The notes beneath the pieces are model-generated. The model ran no database searches. It was not told the DNA's origin and was given only the letters and a program-made list of their open reading frames with translations. From positions 9,889,778 to 9,953,777 of the forward strand of contig CM082597.2 of NCBI GenBank assembly GCA_040954595.2: a stretch of DNA of 64,000 bases. Reading direction: 5' to 3'. Shown here one piece after another: positions 10,110 through 23,312 of this stretch; the first letter of the stretch is position 1; each line of letters begins with the position of its first letter. Origin of the DNA: Balanoglossus misakiensis. Lineage: Eukaryota > Animalia > Hemichordata. A program made the translations under genes and the position numbers.

Positions 10110-12960
10110 CATGGCATGACCTCTTACAAAAGTTGCTACATCTTTTGTCAAGTTTTAGATATTTTGTTGCGACCGGAACGCTGAGCTGCGTTAGTTGTTG
10201 CAATTTGTGCGTTACTACTTCAATGATACTATTTATAGGACGCCTGTCTAAAGATAACTGGTGCGCCGAGTGAAATGGGCAACGCGTACTGTTTCACGAT
10301 CCGGTGAAATGCGATCGTGACTCGCGGTTTTCCAGGAGTTTCAAGGAGAAATTTTGAATTTCCAGGAGATTTCAGGAGTTTCCAGGAGGGGTTTCAAATT
10401 CCAGGAGTTTCCAGGAGCGTACGAACCCTTATTTTGGTTTCGGCTGCGATGTCTTTGTTTTTTCCGCTTCTTTTTCAATTTTTGTCATCAACTTATTGTT
10501 TAATTATTTTGACAGCTAGTGTGATATTTCCAAACAGTTTTAAGCTTATTCAGGATTATTATGTGCAGAATTTTCATCATTGCATTTTCTATTTGATGTG
10601 ATAATGAGTCAGAATATCAACATATTCTCACGAAATGTGAGAGGTTTGCGTGACCCCGCTAAAAGAAGAAAGACGTTATGAACTGGTTACGTAAGAAAGA
10701 TGCCTGTATTTTTATGTCTAAAAGAGACCCATTGTTCCAGGAATGCCCTCAATTAATGGCGTCTGTGGAGTGGGGAGCACCTGTATTTTCAAGTACAGGT
10801 GGTACAAATAGCAAAGGTGTCACAGCCCTTTTCAAAACTAATTTTGAGTATACTTTACATGCTTCAAGCATGGTGACCCCAATGGTCGTCATTTTGGACC
10901 TTACCATTGAAAATATTCGTTTCACGCTTGCTTACGTGTGTTTATGGCCCAAACGAAAACAACCCACAGTTTTTCATTGATTTGAAAGCGCAGATCAATA
11001 TGTTTGGTAATAATTCAGTTATTGCAGTTGGGGACTGGAATGTAGTGAGGGATTTTGACGCTGACACAGCTGGCCGCTCTACAAACTCTCACTCGGATGC
11101 AAGGCAACAAATTGATCGTCTCTGTGATGAGTATAATTTGATAGATATTTGGCGGATGATTAACGAGTCTTTGCGTACATTTACGTGGCGTAGGCGCAAT
11201 CCCAATATTGTTCAGAGTAGGCTGGATTATTTTCTGATTACGCCTGAATTCGCTAATATGACTGCAACTGCAAATATTAGTGTCGGTTACCGGAGTGACC
11301 ACTCTGCAATACGTCTCTCTTGGATGACAAAGATTATGTGGACATTGTTAAAAATACAATTTGGGATACTGAGGATGAGTACAGACAGGAGGGAAGCTCT
11401 CAAGCTGGTCCCACTTTTACCATTTCGGATCAACTTTTCTTATATACGTTGAAAATAAAAATTCGTGGAGTTACGATTTCGTATGCAAGTAGGAAAAAGG
11501 AAGAATTTATTAGGGCCGAGAAACAGCTTGAAACAGAGATTATTTTACTAGAAACTCGTGTGAATGATCTATAAATGCCTGACATGTTACATGAACTGCA
11601 TGAAAAAAAAAGAACAGTTGATAGCATACTGTCAAAAAAGTAGAAGGAAGTCGCGTACGTGCTCGGACCAGGTGGTCTACAGAGGGGGAAAAACCTACTA
11701 AGTATTTTTGCTCTATGGAAAAGAGAAATTTCACCAATAAAACCACCGTAAGCTGTGCCTGAGTGATGGCTCCACAATAACTGAGGACGAGGACATCCTT
11801 CACGAACAGTCTAAGTTTTACCGGAATCTATATGCGGCTTCCAAAAACGTTGCTTGCAATATTGATCAGTTAGATAATTTTATGCAGCATGGAAATACTT
11901 TGCCTACTTTGAGTACTGAGGAACGGGATTCTTTGGAAGGGGCCCTGTCTAAGCATGAGTGTGGAGTAGTGTAAGTCAATAGCAAATAATAAGTCACCAG
12001 GAACAGATTGTTTTTCTGCCGTAAAATTTTAATTTTTTTGGCCCGACATTGGTGTTTATATAGTCCGTGCAATTAATTCCGCCTACTCCTCGGGCGAAAT
12101 GTCTATTTCTCAAAAGCGGGGAATTATTACTTGTATTCCGAAACCCAACAAGAATAGATTTCACATGAAAAATTGGCGCCATAATGATATTACATAGCTA
12201 AAAACGGATAATAAGATTGCATCTGGTGTTATAGCAAACCGTATGAAACAGTTCTTGCCAAAAATGATTGACTCTGACCAGAAAAGTTTTTTGAGGAAAG
12301 GAAGGTATATTGGTGAAAATACACGTTTGATTTATGATGTATTGTTAACTTCAAAGATAGACAAGGTCCCGGGTTTGCTTGTACTTTTAGACTTTGAAAA
12401 GGCGTTTGACACGCTTTCTTGGGAATTTATCGATAAAGCATTGAGAAAGTGTAATTTTGGTCCCACTTTCAGAAAATGGGTCAAAGTGTTTTATAAAAAC
12501 ACCACTAGTTGTGTTACAAATAACGGAAACTTTTCTGATTTTTTCCCCTCGAGAGAGGTGTTAGACAAGGTGATCCTCTATCACCGTACCCGTTTATCAC
12601 CTGTGTTGAAACACTTGCGCATGAAATCAGAGCTCATAGTAATATAGAAGGGATTACACTTAGAGATAAAAGAATTTTACTGGGGCAATGCGCAGATGAT
12701 ACTTTTGTATTTTTAGATGGTTCTGAAAATTCTCTGAAAAATCTGTTTGCTACCTTGGGTTTCTTTACTTTTCTGTCGGGTTTGCGAATTAACTACCAAA
12801 AAAAACTAAATTGGTCTGGTTTGGCGCTAAATGCCATTCACATGATATTTTGTTGCCAAACAAGAACTTATTATGGGTTGATGAACCGTTCACAGTTCTT
12901 GGTATTAACCTGAACGTTGATCTTGTTCGGCTCGATATGTTAAATTTTACACCAAAAGTA

Positions 12961-14795
12961 CAGTGCAGCTTAGGAATAGCTTTCCAACTGCACCAACACT
13001 GGGTCAACTCTGTTTAAACACTGGGTCAACTCTGGGTTGGCACCCTATTGGCGCTCTAATTAGCACCTATTGGGCTTGTGTTTAACTGGGGTGTGCCAAA
13101 ACAATAGGGTGCACCAAGGTGCTAACACTGAACAATGCCAAGTGCCAGGGCCAACAGATTCACACCTTTGCAGGGCTCGAAATTCGTTTTTTTTCTTGGT
13201 AGCCTCAGTGGGCTACCATTTTCTAAAGTTGGTAGCCCAAGAGCAATAGCTGGTAGTCCACATAATACAATGACAAATCAATGTACATTGTATACTGCTA
13301 CAAGTACGGTAGTAGGTCTATATCTGTTTGAGAACGTTGGTAAATTTTTAATATACATACTGCTATGGTGAACAATTATATTGTTGATTGACACGTGTCA
13401 AAATGCACACGAGTCCGCGGCCGGTTGAACCCAGTGTTTTCTCCAGGATGTTGAGAGAAGGGGGAATGTCCCCCCTTAGTCCAAAATTAAGGGGGATTTG
13501 GTCGAAGTAAATGTCACGAATGACAATTTTGAACGTTAACTTACTAACTGCCTTCATTCCATATTAAAAACAGTATTAGTAAATTACAACATTTTACATG
13601 TGAACTTGACAACAAATTAACAGTTACAGTTTTTTCTTCTTTAAATTAGTAGGTTTTGCAGAGGAAGACACCAACTTGCATAACTTTCAGGGCATGTAAT
13701 TTAAAAAAAGCCTGGAGAGCTGAAAATAACTCTCCTGAAATTAATTACACAAGTGGTAGGCGAGTGACTAACTGCTCCCCTGGCAAGGAGAGTGAAATGA
13801 ATAAAATAAATGCAACTGCAAAAACAATAGTGTCTTTCTTTAATACTACACCTGAGAAAATAAATTCTTGTTTGATTTTAAAAGTTTCAGTTTTTTTAGC
13901 TGCCAAAATAATAGATTTTGAAACCATTATTATAGTGAAATAAATTGAAGTAGTATATATTCCTTCAGATTTCTGCCAACACTTCCCATCTGTGGCTAAG
14001 CACACTACTCAAATGGACAGTCTCTGTACATATTGAATGACTTTCCTTCCAAACAAGGTCATGGAAAACTGAGATGAACGCAGTTCTTTTAATTTGCATA
14101 AAATTGTTACGTTCAGCCATCACTTGAGTGCAGAGTGTTTGCTCTAAATTTAGACGGTGTCCAGATAGGCTGTTCCAACAATTGCACACTATAGCCCTGG
14201 AGCTAAATTACACGTGAATGAATGTGGAAGTCATCTACAACATAGTTTTGGGGGGTGGGAAGTTAAAATGTATAGGCCAGCACGCAGTAATATCGGCCGT
14301 TTTCCCAGTGTTTTGACTGACTGTGCGTGCTATTGAGGCTTGGACGCGCATGTACTGGCCGGGTGGGCTGCTCACGAAGGGGCGATTGTCGCCCCTTGAA
14401 CTTGTTACAAGGGGCGATTCAAGTGTAAAAGAGGGGGAATCGCGCGTCCTGGAGATCGAGAAAACACTGCTGGTTGTCGCACGCATGGTAGCCCAATCGG
14501 GCTACCACTGGTGTCAAATTGGTAGCCCGATCGCAAACATTGGTAGTCTGTGGACGCGGGGCTACCGCGAATTTCGAGCCCTGCTTTGTAACACTTGGAA
14601 CACACAGGCTAACACTGTGTGCCAAAACAATAGGGTGCGCCAAGGTGCTAACACTGAACAATGCCAAGTGCCAGGGCCAGCAGATTCACACCTTTGTAAC
14701 ACTTGGAACACACAGGCTAACACTGAGCTGACCCATTATAAACACCGTGTCAGCAAGTTGTTAGCAAATTGGAAAGCTATTCCTAAGCTGCACTG
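12961..14795. mobile_element. Tc1/mariner-type non-autonomous element (TA TSD) inserted in the LINE
   Basis: TA|cagtgcagcttaggaatagctttccaa ... ttggaaagctattcctaagctgcactg|TA (27-bp perfect TIR). Confidence 0.9.
13171..14583. mobile_element. hAT-like element with 5-bp TSD (hAT5-type)
   Basis: ctttg|cagggctcgaaattcg ... cgaatttcgagccctg|ctttg; the empty site is visible in the sister subrepeat at ~14681-14706. Contains a cagtgttttctc-terminated element (13432-14469) also found inverted at ~56181-56975. Confidence 0.88.
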
Positions 14796-16499
14796 TAAGC
14801 ATGGTAAGGGAAGTGTCCACACTGCTTACTAAATGGTCATGGCGACCTGTGACCTTATGTGGCAAGATTACAATAGCTAAAACACTTGCTTTGTCAAAGT
14901 TTATTCATATTTTCTCATCCTTACCTCCCATGTCAGATAATCAAATCTGTACACTTATTAACCGATTAATAACATAAAAAAGGTGTATATGGTTCAATCC
15001 AGAGCTGAAAGTTAAAAACGCTACAACATTTTATAATAACTGGTATCATAATGTTGTAATGTATATTTCGGATTTATTAGATTTTTCCGGTTCCATTTTA
15101 TCTTTCCAAGATTTTAGTAACAGACATAATTTTTCACCAAACCGTCTCCTTTATATGGGTTTAATCAATGCTATTCCAAGATCATGGTTCAGAAAGATTC
15201 AGCAACAAGGCTCTGTAAATAATGACCACCCAAACATGTATTACACAAATAGATCCTGCAAAAAACCTACTCTATTTTACTTAAGTTATTTTTGAAGAAT
15301 AATCTTAAACCGATGAGATGTACGCAAAAATGGAAAAACCTCTTCGGGATTTGATTCGCAATTACACCATGCCTTAACCCCATTTATTGTAACAAAGGAT
15401 TCCACTTTGCGTAATTTTCAATTCAGAATTACTAGTAGAATCTGAACTACAAATAAATTTTTGAAGATAAGGGGAAAATGCGATTCTGTGAAATGCACCT
15501 TCTGTGAAAATTATGAGGAAAGCCTTATACATTTATTTTTCGAATGCGACTATATTTTGTCTTTTTGGAAGGATGTAGAGTTGCAATTACAGACAAAGTG
15601 TAATATTGCCATTGAGCTTTCCCCTTTTGATATTTTGGTGGGTATAAAATAGAATTTTCAAAGTAACCACACAAAAGATGAGTGGTTAGCCCTGAATTAC
15701 TTTACATGTATATTACTTTCAAAGAATTTTATCTTTAAATGTAAATTCAAGCCAGTATTGCCAAACCTTCGCAAATTTTTATCTTACCTCAATAATATAC
15801 AAAAAATTGATACTTACCAAGCAAAGGCAATGGAGAATCACACACACTACAGGTACTGGAATATTTTCAAAAATTTCTGCACTTGAAAATTTTGTTTTCT
15901 TTTGAGATGTACAATGTAGAGATATTTTGTCTAGTTGATGACAATAAAAAAAATAATCCAAACCTAAAAAGTTGTCAAAAATTTGCTTCACAAAAAGAAA
16001 ATCACAATTGTTGCGTTGTCTTTGGGGTGAATATTTTCAAAATTGCTGAAAAAATTAATTTCAAAATCATATAATTAAATATTAAAAATTAATTTTACTC
16101 CAGTTTGCACTTCCCGTAAAGAGCAGTGTCTAAGCTTTCTAAAAATATAAGCTTTATGTACTATGAATATGAAGCTAGTTTTATTGTTGTAGGAGAGGAT
16201 ATAGTACCCCCTACCCCAAGACCATGCGTAAGTGTAGGATACATGCATTTCAAAGTTGTCTCTAAAGAAGTATTGTATTGTTAAATAACTAGTGTTAACA
16301 TTTGTTTGCTTGTTTAATATATAGAATTAAATATCCAAACCTAAAAAGTTGTCAAAAATTTGCTTCACAAAAAGAAAATCACAATTGTTACATTGTCTTT
16401 TGAGTGAAAACTTTCAAAATTGCCAAAAAAATTAATTTAAAAATCATATAATTAAATATTCATAAATATTTTTTAATAAAGTTTGTGCTTCCCGTAAAG

Positions 16500-18213
16500 C
16501 AGTCGGCCCGATCGCCAAGAAAGGAAATCTCATGAATATTTAAATAAAGTGTCAAAGGTAACTTTTCGCCCAATCAGATTCCTTGTTTTCGACTCATGCA
16601 TATCAGTTCTATAGAAAATATGCATACCCTTAGTTTTAGTTCAATTAAATAAAAGTCGCCTAAATACTCAGGATTTTGTCCGAGGACACATTGATACACG
16701 CTCTAGCGATCTACCGTTGCGTTTTGAAATCGACTGTTGCGTTTTGTAGCGACAGCTGATAATTTCTGCCATGCCCAGGTCCCCACTGTCGACAACGGCG
16801 ATGATGGCTATTCTTGTATGCTTCCTGGTTTTAGTGCAGGGTTTTAGTTCAATTAAATAAAAACTAAGTCGCCTAAATGGTTAGGATTTTGTCCGAGGGC
16901 ACATTGATACACCCTCTAGAGATCTACACATGTACCGCTGCGTTTTGAAATCGACCGTTGCGTTTTGTAGCGACAGCTGATAATTTCTGCCATGCCCAGG
17001 TCCCCACTGTCGACAACGGCGATGATGGCCATTCTTGTATGCTTCCGGGTTTTAGTGCGGGGTTTTACATGTAGTTCAATTAAATAAAATCTAAGTCGCC
17101 TAAATGGTCAGGATTTTGTCCGAGGACACATTGATAGACGCCCTAGCGATCTACTGTTGCGTTTTGAAATCTACCGTTGCGTTTTGAAATCGACCGTTGC
17201 GTTTTGTAGTGACAACTGATAATTTCTGCCATGCCCAGGTCCTCACTATATACATGTACACACGGAGCTCCGTGCTATAGGGATAAACTGTGTTACCGCC
17301 ATCTTGAAAATTTGCAGTGCATTGTGGGTAAAATTAGTTCCGGTTGGGGGGGGGGAGTACATGTAGCGTCTACAATCTATCCAATTTTCCAGCGGTTTTG
17401 TCAGATTTTCTTCAAGTTACGTTAGTTGAAGTAGTTACATGAAGAAAATCTGACTAAACCGCTGGAAAATGGATAGATTTATCCCTATATACACAACGGC
17501 GATGATAACAATCTTGTGCGTGAGCTAGCCCGTGGCTCAGTCACTCTCGATCCGAAAGTTTCATGATTTTTTTATTCACAATTACCAAGTACCGTAAATG
17601 ATAGAAAGAGTCGAATTCACAAAATATGACTATTACCTCACGAATGTGCGGTGTCACCTTGGAAACTGTTAGCAACTTCGCCAAACGCAAATTATATTAC
17701 AACATACGCGCCGCGCAACAGCAACACTGCTCATGCACACTCACAGTCCCATGACTGAGTTTACTACGAGTATCGCTGTTGCCCCTGTATCAGTTCAATC
17801 GTTATACTGCCCTGCTCTTCACTTAAATCAACTTGGGTTTTAAATAGGGCCGCATTGACACTGAAAAGTGAGGCCCAAAGTTTACTGGAAGCATTTACCG
17901 AGTCATCGTCGGCTCGCACGGGTCGTTGGATCAACCAAAGTTTCCCTAACGAACCCATGCGGGAACCGCTATATAAAAAACCACGGTCTAAGGATTTGTT
18001 CTGCCAAGGTCTATTTTTCGGATACCAAGAGCTTTGCGGGCGGAGAGGTTACCTAGTATAAATGTAAGACGGCCTCACTATGTCAGTGGCAGCAAAAGGC
18101 ACCTTGTTGACATTCCTTTGCACATGTTATTTGCGCATATTTCTGATTGGGCGAAACGTTACCTTTGACATAAATATTCATGAGATTTCCTTTTATGGCG
18201 ATCGGGCCGACTG
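16500..18213. mobile_element. TIR element with 5-bp TSD and internal ~210-bp tandem repeats
   Basis: taaag|cagtcggcccgatcgcca ... tggcgatcgggccgactg|taaag; empty site cccgtaaagagcagtg at ~16113; three tandem units at ~16630-17245. Confidence 0.88.
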
Positions 18214-19282
18214 TAAAGAGCAGTGTCCAAGCTTTTAAAAATATAAGGTTTATGTAATTTCATGCTAGTTTTATTTTTTTAGGAGAGAATATAATACCCC
18301 CTACCCCAACCCATTTTTCGCCATTTTGAGCGGCACATACCATTCAAAAACCACCCCGGAGGGGTAGTGCAACCCAAAATATTCAATGTTGACATCTTTT
18401 TTCTTGTTCAGCACGTTCTAAAGAACAAAAAAATACCCAAGTGGTAGGGGGGGGGGGGGTGCACGGTGGGCCCCTCCAGCCCACGGACTATATCATCCTT
18501 TTATTGCATATCATTGTGTGAAAATAAGTGTTATGTAAAAATGAGATGGTACAAACATTTGTGTACCATATGCGTATTGTTGTAATAAAGAAAAAAAATC
18601 CAAAGATTTCATTAGTGTTGTATTTTAATTTATTTTAAGTATAAGTAAACATTTGTGTCAACAAATTTATTTGTCAAGCAGGATAAAATTGCGAAAAAAA
18701 TGGCTAATCAATTTCTAATTTGGCTAATTGAATTTAGGTGTTATTAGCCAAAATGGCTAATGCTTTTGAAATCCTACCACTAACACAGGATTATATCGTA
18801 TCTGCTTGCCAATGTCACCTGTGATTTTAATTCTGGTGTATACCTATTTCTCTGTATTACCCAAATGGAACCACAGTGTACTAGATGCTATTTTTATAGT
18901 TGTGTCGTATCTGCTTGCCAATGTCACGTGTGATTTTAATTCTGGTATATGCCTATTTCTGTGTATTCCCTAAATGGGACCACAGTGTCCTTGACCCTAT
19001 TTTTTTCACTTTTCTCTCTCCAAACAGGGAGGAAAAAAATGCACACAAAAGTCTAGATTCTAGACTTCACTGATGGGTTTTTGCCTGGTCAGTGGCTCAG
19101 GCAAACATGTCATGATGTTGTTACTGTATGTTGAAAAAAAATATTTGTTTGTTTGTTTACAAATATGGTCATGTTGTTTGTTTGTTGATAGGTTATGGTA
19201 TATTCAAGGGTTAGGGTTCATTTCCTCCACAGCATCACCCCCTATATAATACAGACAAGGGTTGAATCTGGGGGCCATAGAG

Positions 19283-19427
19283 TAATATGAGGTTATTACG
19301 AAAATTTCGCAAAGTATTGCACGAGGACATTAGCGGCATTAATCGCCTGATGCGTAGCAGAGGGCAATGCGATGCGCTTATGTTTGAGTGCATACTTTGC
19401 GGTATTAACGTAATAACCTTAATATTA
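19283..19427 (+). repeat. Hairpin cassette (Crypton-like) with G.A mismatches
   Basis: taatatgaggttattacg...cgtaataaccttaatatta arms; CGAG/TGAG mismatch; loop TGA-TGC-GTA-GCA-GAG. Confidence 0.65.
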
Positions 19428-19842
19428 TACATCTTACAATGGCTGGTATGATCGATCATAACCGCTCAGCTAAAAGACAGTTCACAGTGAGCGGCCATCT
19501 TTCTTTGTAGTAATTAAAAATTTCACCTAACCCTGTTGTTGTTTACGTTAGACTCAGAGTGGAGGTGTCTTGAAACCGTCCGCATTAACAGTGCATACAT
19601 GTACCTGTACACATTGAGTTTGGGTGCCTTGAAACTGTAGACGTATTTAACACACGTTCCATACGTACTGTTCTATTTTTCTCGGTGCCAGAAGTATAAT
19701 AATTAATCTTATTTACCCTTTAATTACTGGTACTAGTAAAACATGTTATAAGTTCACATGAGTGTTATTGCATCTGAGTAAATACAAGGCAGTGTAAACA
19801 CTAGTAGTTGCTCTCTGCTGGAGTGAACAATATGTACATGTA

Positions 19843-20153
19843 TTATAACACACCATGCAGCAAACCCTCAATCATGATTCGTCAATACGCTGTCACGTGA
19901 CCTTAGTCATTTCGAACTGTTCCCTAGGGCATCATTTCGATCAGTTTCCGCCCGGTACTGTTGCCTGGATGTGGTGTGTGTCGTGTTTGGTGTGTTATAA
20001 AACACATGATGACTGACATATTCGGGCAACAGTGTATTTTTGATGACCTCGGGACTGCCAGTCACACCAAAACAGTCTGTTTTAGTTGTGACTAGCAGCA
20101 CCCTCGGTCATCAAAATACACTGTTGCCCTCATTGTCAGTCATCATGTGTATA
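19843..20153 (-). mobile_element. Hairpin cassette (Crypton-like), minus orientation
   Basis: Short IR ttataacacacca / tggtgtgttataa around a body, then a long hairpin at 20002-20150 with CTCG/CTCG and TTCG/CTCA mismatches (G.A tandems on the minus strand). Confidence 0.7.
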
Positions 20154-20540
20154 CTGTACATAAGAACCGTATTTTTTTGGTTTTGAATTTAAAGCGGTTC
20201 TATGCCCTGTGAAGTAAAACACTTTATCAAGGGATCGCTAAATCCTCCAGATGTCAAAGCCCTTCTTGAAGGTGTCAACTCAGAGTGGTTATCACAACTT
20301 GTACAATCCTCATGCATGAAATTTAGAACTATTTTGGAACCGTTAAATGTGAAATTTTGAATTTATATACATACCCCGCTATACACTTTTGAGGTGTTAT
20401 TTTACTCTTTTTACCATTAAAATCCAACCAAAATATATGTATTGAGGTCAGGAGAAACATCTTTCAGAAAGAGGCATGTTATGGCTACTCTAACTAATGT
20501 AAGGCTTGTCGGAATCATTCATTTGCAGGTTGATTGGTGT

Positions 20541-20681
20541 ATGATCATCATAATGGTTGGAATGAGACTGATGTACCTGGCTTTGTTGTCTGTTGTGTTA
20601 CTCAACAACTTTATTGATGCACATGTTGCTGTTATGTCTCTTGATCTTGGAAGTGAATGGTACAAAGTAGCATTGGTCAAG
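20541..20681 (+). CDS. HYOU1: HYOU1/GRP170 coding exon 1 (signal peptide and start of Hsp70-type ATPase domain)
   Basis: Acceptor ttgcag ends at 20528. ATG 20541 (in-frame alternatives 20553 and later) gives MIIIMVGMRLMYLALLSVVLLNNFIDAHVAVMSLDLGSEWYKVALVK: a hydrophobic signal-like stretch, then the HYOU1-type VMSxDLGSE motif. Donor gtgagt at 20682, phase 0. Confidence 0.93.
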
Positions 20682-21182
20682 GTGAGTTAAGTTCCACACA
20701 AATTTATCTCCTAAATACATGTATATGTATTTCAAATGTATTGGAACTCGGTAGAGTTGACTTTTCAGAGCCCTCTGACTCAGAGCCCCTCAGAGCCCTC
20801 TGAAGTATCAGAACCTCAGAACCCGGACCTCAGAATTCTTGTTAACCTCAGATATAACCACAAAATGTACCTGTATAATTAAATATAACGATTACAAATA
20901 GGTATAATGTTGCCAAAATTACTCCAGCAGAAAATACGACGTACTGCATTGTATGGCAAGTGCGAGATCGTGACTGCCGATTACCCGCCATATTTGTTTT
21001 CGAAGTTTATGTCGATTTCAGATTCAGATTCAGCCACGGATTTCGATTCACCAGTAACATGTTACTTTTCTTTTTTGCTTGCATTGCATTACAAATATAA
21101 ACGTATTTTGTAGCACACGACAAAATAAATCGCAAGAAGAAACACCAAAAGAAGAGAATTTGGAAATCAATTCAATACTTAA

Positions 21183-21828
21183 CGTGGTAATGCACGAAAC
21201 CGTCAAGACTTTTTCAGAGGCCTATTTCTCTTCAAAGACAACATTAAAACCCCTATAAACCATACATTTTCTGGAAGCTGAGTTTTTGAACTTTTGTTTG
21301 AGTTGCACATTTCATTGACCCCCGGAAATGGTGGCGTTTTTGGGTTAAAAAAAAGCATTTTTTTGATATTATGTCATTCAATTGAAATTAGGTAAAAAGG
21401 TTGACCATGCATCATGCATCTTAGTATGTCATTCGAAACTAGAGTACACGTGCAAAAAAACCCGAAAATTTTGTTTTGTGTTATCTGCTTCCATTGAGGA
21501 GTAACAACGTTTGAAAGTTAGATTTTTAGAAAATTTGATCAAATTCAGGATGAGTTGTATTGAATCAGATTTTATTCCCGCCAGGGACACTTTATCGACT
21601 AAAAAAATTCATTTTGTTAGATGGGTCATACACAATCCCCTGTTTAATAAAATTTGAGCAAATTTGGCCAACACAGAGTGAAGCTAAATTCTTCTGAATA
21701 TGTCAAAAGCAGCAAAAATGCAAACTGAGAAAAACGGACATTTGCATTGTTGACACCTATTCATTAAGCTGTGGACTCATTCAGAAAAGTGCTATTTTTG
21801 GGTGATTATGCACCATTTCCGCCAAGAC
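21183..21828 (+). mobile_element. Kolobok-like element, partial copy 2
   Basis: Colinear with 629-~1240; preceded by TTAA. Confidence 0.8.
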
Positions 21829-22080
21829 AAATGTCAAATAGGTATATATTTCTTGCTAAAAATTTACAAACAAGCAGTTAAATTTCAAAGAGTTTATTCC
21901 AAAACAAGAAAAAACAATAAATACATACATAATATGTAAACATGAATAATATCAAATCACTTTTGATAAAAAATAATCTAGGCAAGGAAAACAAGTTTCT
22001 GAAGAAAGTTTTCTTATTGTAATAGCCACATCATATCTGCATGATCAATATTACCACAATGAGAAATAACCCCTGCACAA

Positions 22081-22277
22081 ATAATGAACACCTATTGCCT
22101 GGCCATGAGGGCCATAGCAGCCGTTTATTACATCCGAGGGGCTGTGAGTTACCAGAATCATATGCTAATATGATTACGGCCTTGGGAAATAGCATATGAT
22201 TCTGGTAACTCACAGCCACGAGGGGGTAAAACGGCTGCTATGGCCCAAATATAGGCCAGGCCATAGGTGTTTTATAA
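22081..22277 (+). repeat. Hairpin cassette (Crypton-like)
   Basis: aacacctattgcctggcc...ggccaggccataggtgtt arms with in-register CGAG (22135-22138) / CGAG (22219-22222). Confidence 0.7.
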
Positions 22278-22459
22278 TAAACCTCATGCTAACAGTTTGG
22301 AAAATCTTGCAATTTTCTCTTGAGGTTGGCAGACGACATCTTCAGGGGTGGCCATTGTGTCAGACGACGCAACGTTGGTCACGTGACCGGTTTATATTTT
22401 TTCTGCTATTCAAGAAGCAAGAGAAGCAATTTCCTAGTACTTCTCCTTGATACTGAAAT

Positions 22460-23180
22460 TCTAGACACCAAAGGTGTAAATGGTAGATTTATCTAAGTTG
22501 TAAATTGTATTTTGTCAGGAACTTTATTTTCACTTTGTAATATTTATGCCCCAAACTCTTTAATTTAAAAGGAGCATTTTTCCTTTTTCCAAAGTACCCT
22601 TGACGTACTTAACAATTTTGAATTGCCAAATCTTATCATTGGTGGCGATATTAACTGTCTTGCCAACAGTAGAATTGATAAGCGAGGGGAGAATCCCACG
22701 TTGGATAAGTCTAGTAAAGTACTGATTACACTTTATAGGATGTTCAATGTCAATGACAGCTGGCGCTTGAAAAATCCATACATCTGCATTTACCTTCCGC
22801 CACAATTCCCCTTTGGTGCTTACATGTCCTGATTATCTGTTCTCATCAAAACACCTTAATGATTACATAGAGATACACTATTATACCAGCCATTCTGATG
22901 GATCTTTTTAACCTTAAGAATTCTGTTTGAGGGGGGAATTTGGAGGCTTAATATATCTGTGTTGAAAGATGAGATTTATTTGGAGAAAGGTTAAAGAAAT
23001 TTTTAATAATGTCACGGCGGAGATTTCTGACCTGTCAGCACAACTGAAACTTGAAATTTTTAAGTTAAAAGTTAAAGATTTCTCTATTAAATTTACGCAA
23101 GGGAAAGCAAAAGCGCGCAGAGAGGAAGTAATTTCTCTGGAAAATAGGCTCGCTAATTTAGACAAGCATATTGATGCAGT
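22460..23180 (+). pseudogene. Highly decayed L1/Tx1 endonuclease-region fragment
   Basis: LCNIYAPN, LIIGGDINC..DK and KLKVKDFSIKF remnants; a further ORF2 fragment (VIWNKARILVNNKSVF) at ~27620-27770. Confidence 0.7.
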
Positions 23181-23312
23181 GTTGCAGCCAGAGCGCACCC
23201 TTGCGACAATGTCCCCAAAACTGAAGCCATGGGCGCAGTTTCTGGCATACTGCGGGTCACCACGGGCGCGCACTCTGAGTGTAAAAAATAGCCGGCGCTA
23301 ACATACAAATGT

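Larger units (their letters stand above)
6850..10434 (+). mobile_element. hAT-like element copy 2, interrupted by a LINE and lacking its distal end
   Basis: Starts caggggtttcgctaa; inverted near-identical copy of 4431-5071 split at catggcatgacctc. Confidence 0.8.
10604..15830 (+). pseudogene. Decayed L1/Tx1-clade LINE ORF2 (APE endonuclease, RT, zinc knuckle), with frameshifts and nested insertions
   Basis: NVRGL, YGPNE, GDWN, SRLDYFL, SDH, DFEKAFD and ADD remnants in shifting frames. Resumes after 14797 (KWSWRPVTLCGKITIAKTLALSK); CTFC..ESLIHLFFEC near 15495-15550. Confidence 0.9.

Noticed and set aside
4431-10434. One large foldback transposon with ~640-bp TIRs
   Set aside because: No TSD at the outer ends; better explained as two inverted copies of one hAT-like element plus an inversion.
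14323-14832. 169-aa ORF
   Set aside because: Runs across three nested TE boundaries and has no recognisable motif; a chance ORF.
16630-17245. Three ~210-bp direct repeats as a CRISPR-like array
   Set aside because: Whole units are homologous with no unique spacers; they lie inside a TIR element in eukaryotic DNA with no cas genes.
17764-18061. Short ORFs inside the 16500-18213 element as a transposase fragment
   Set aside because: No recognisable DDE or zinc-finger motif; cannot be supported without a search.
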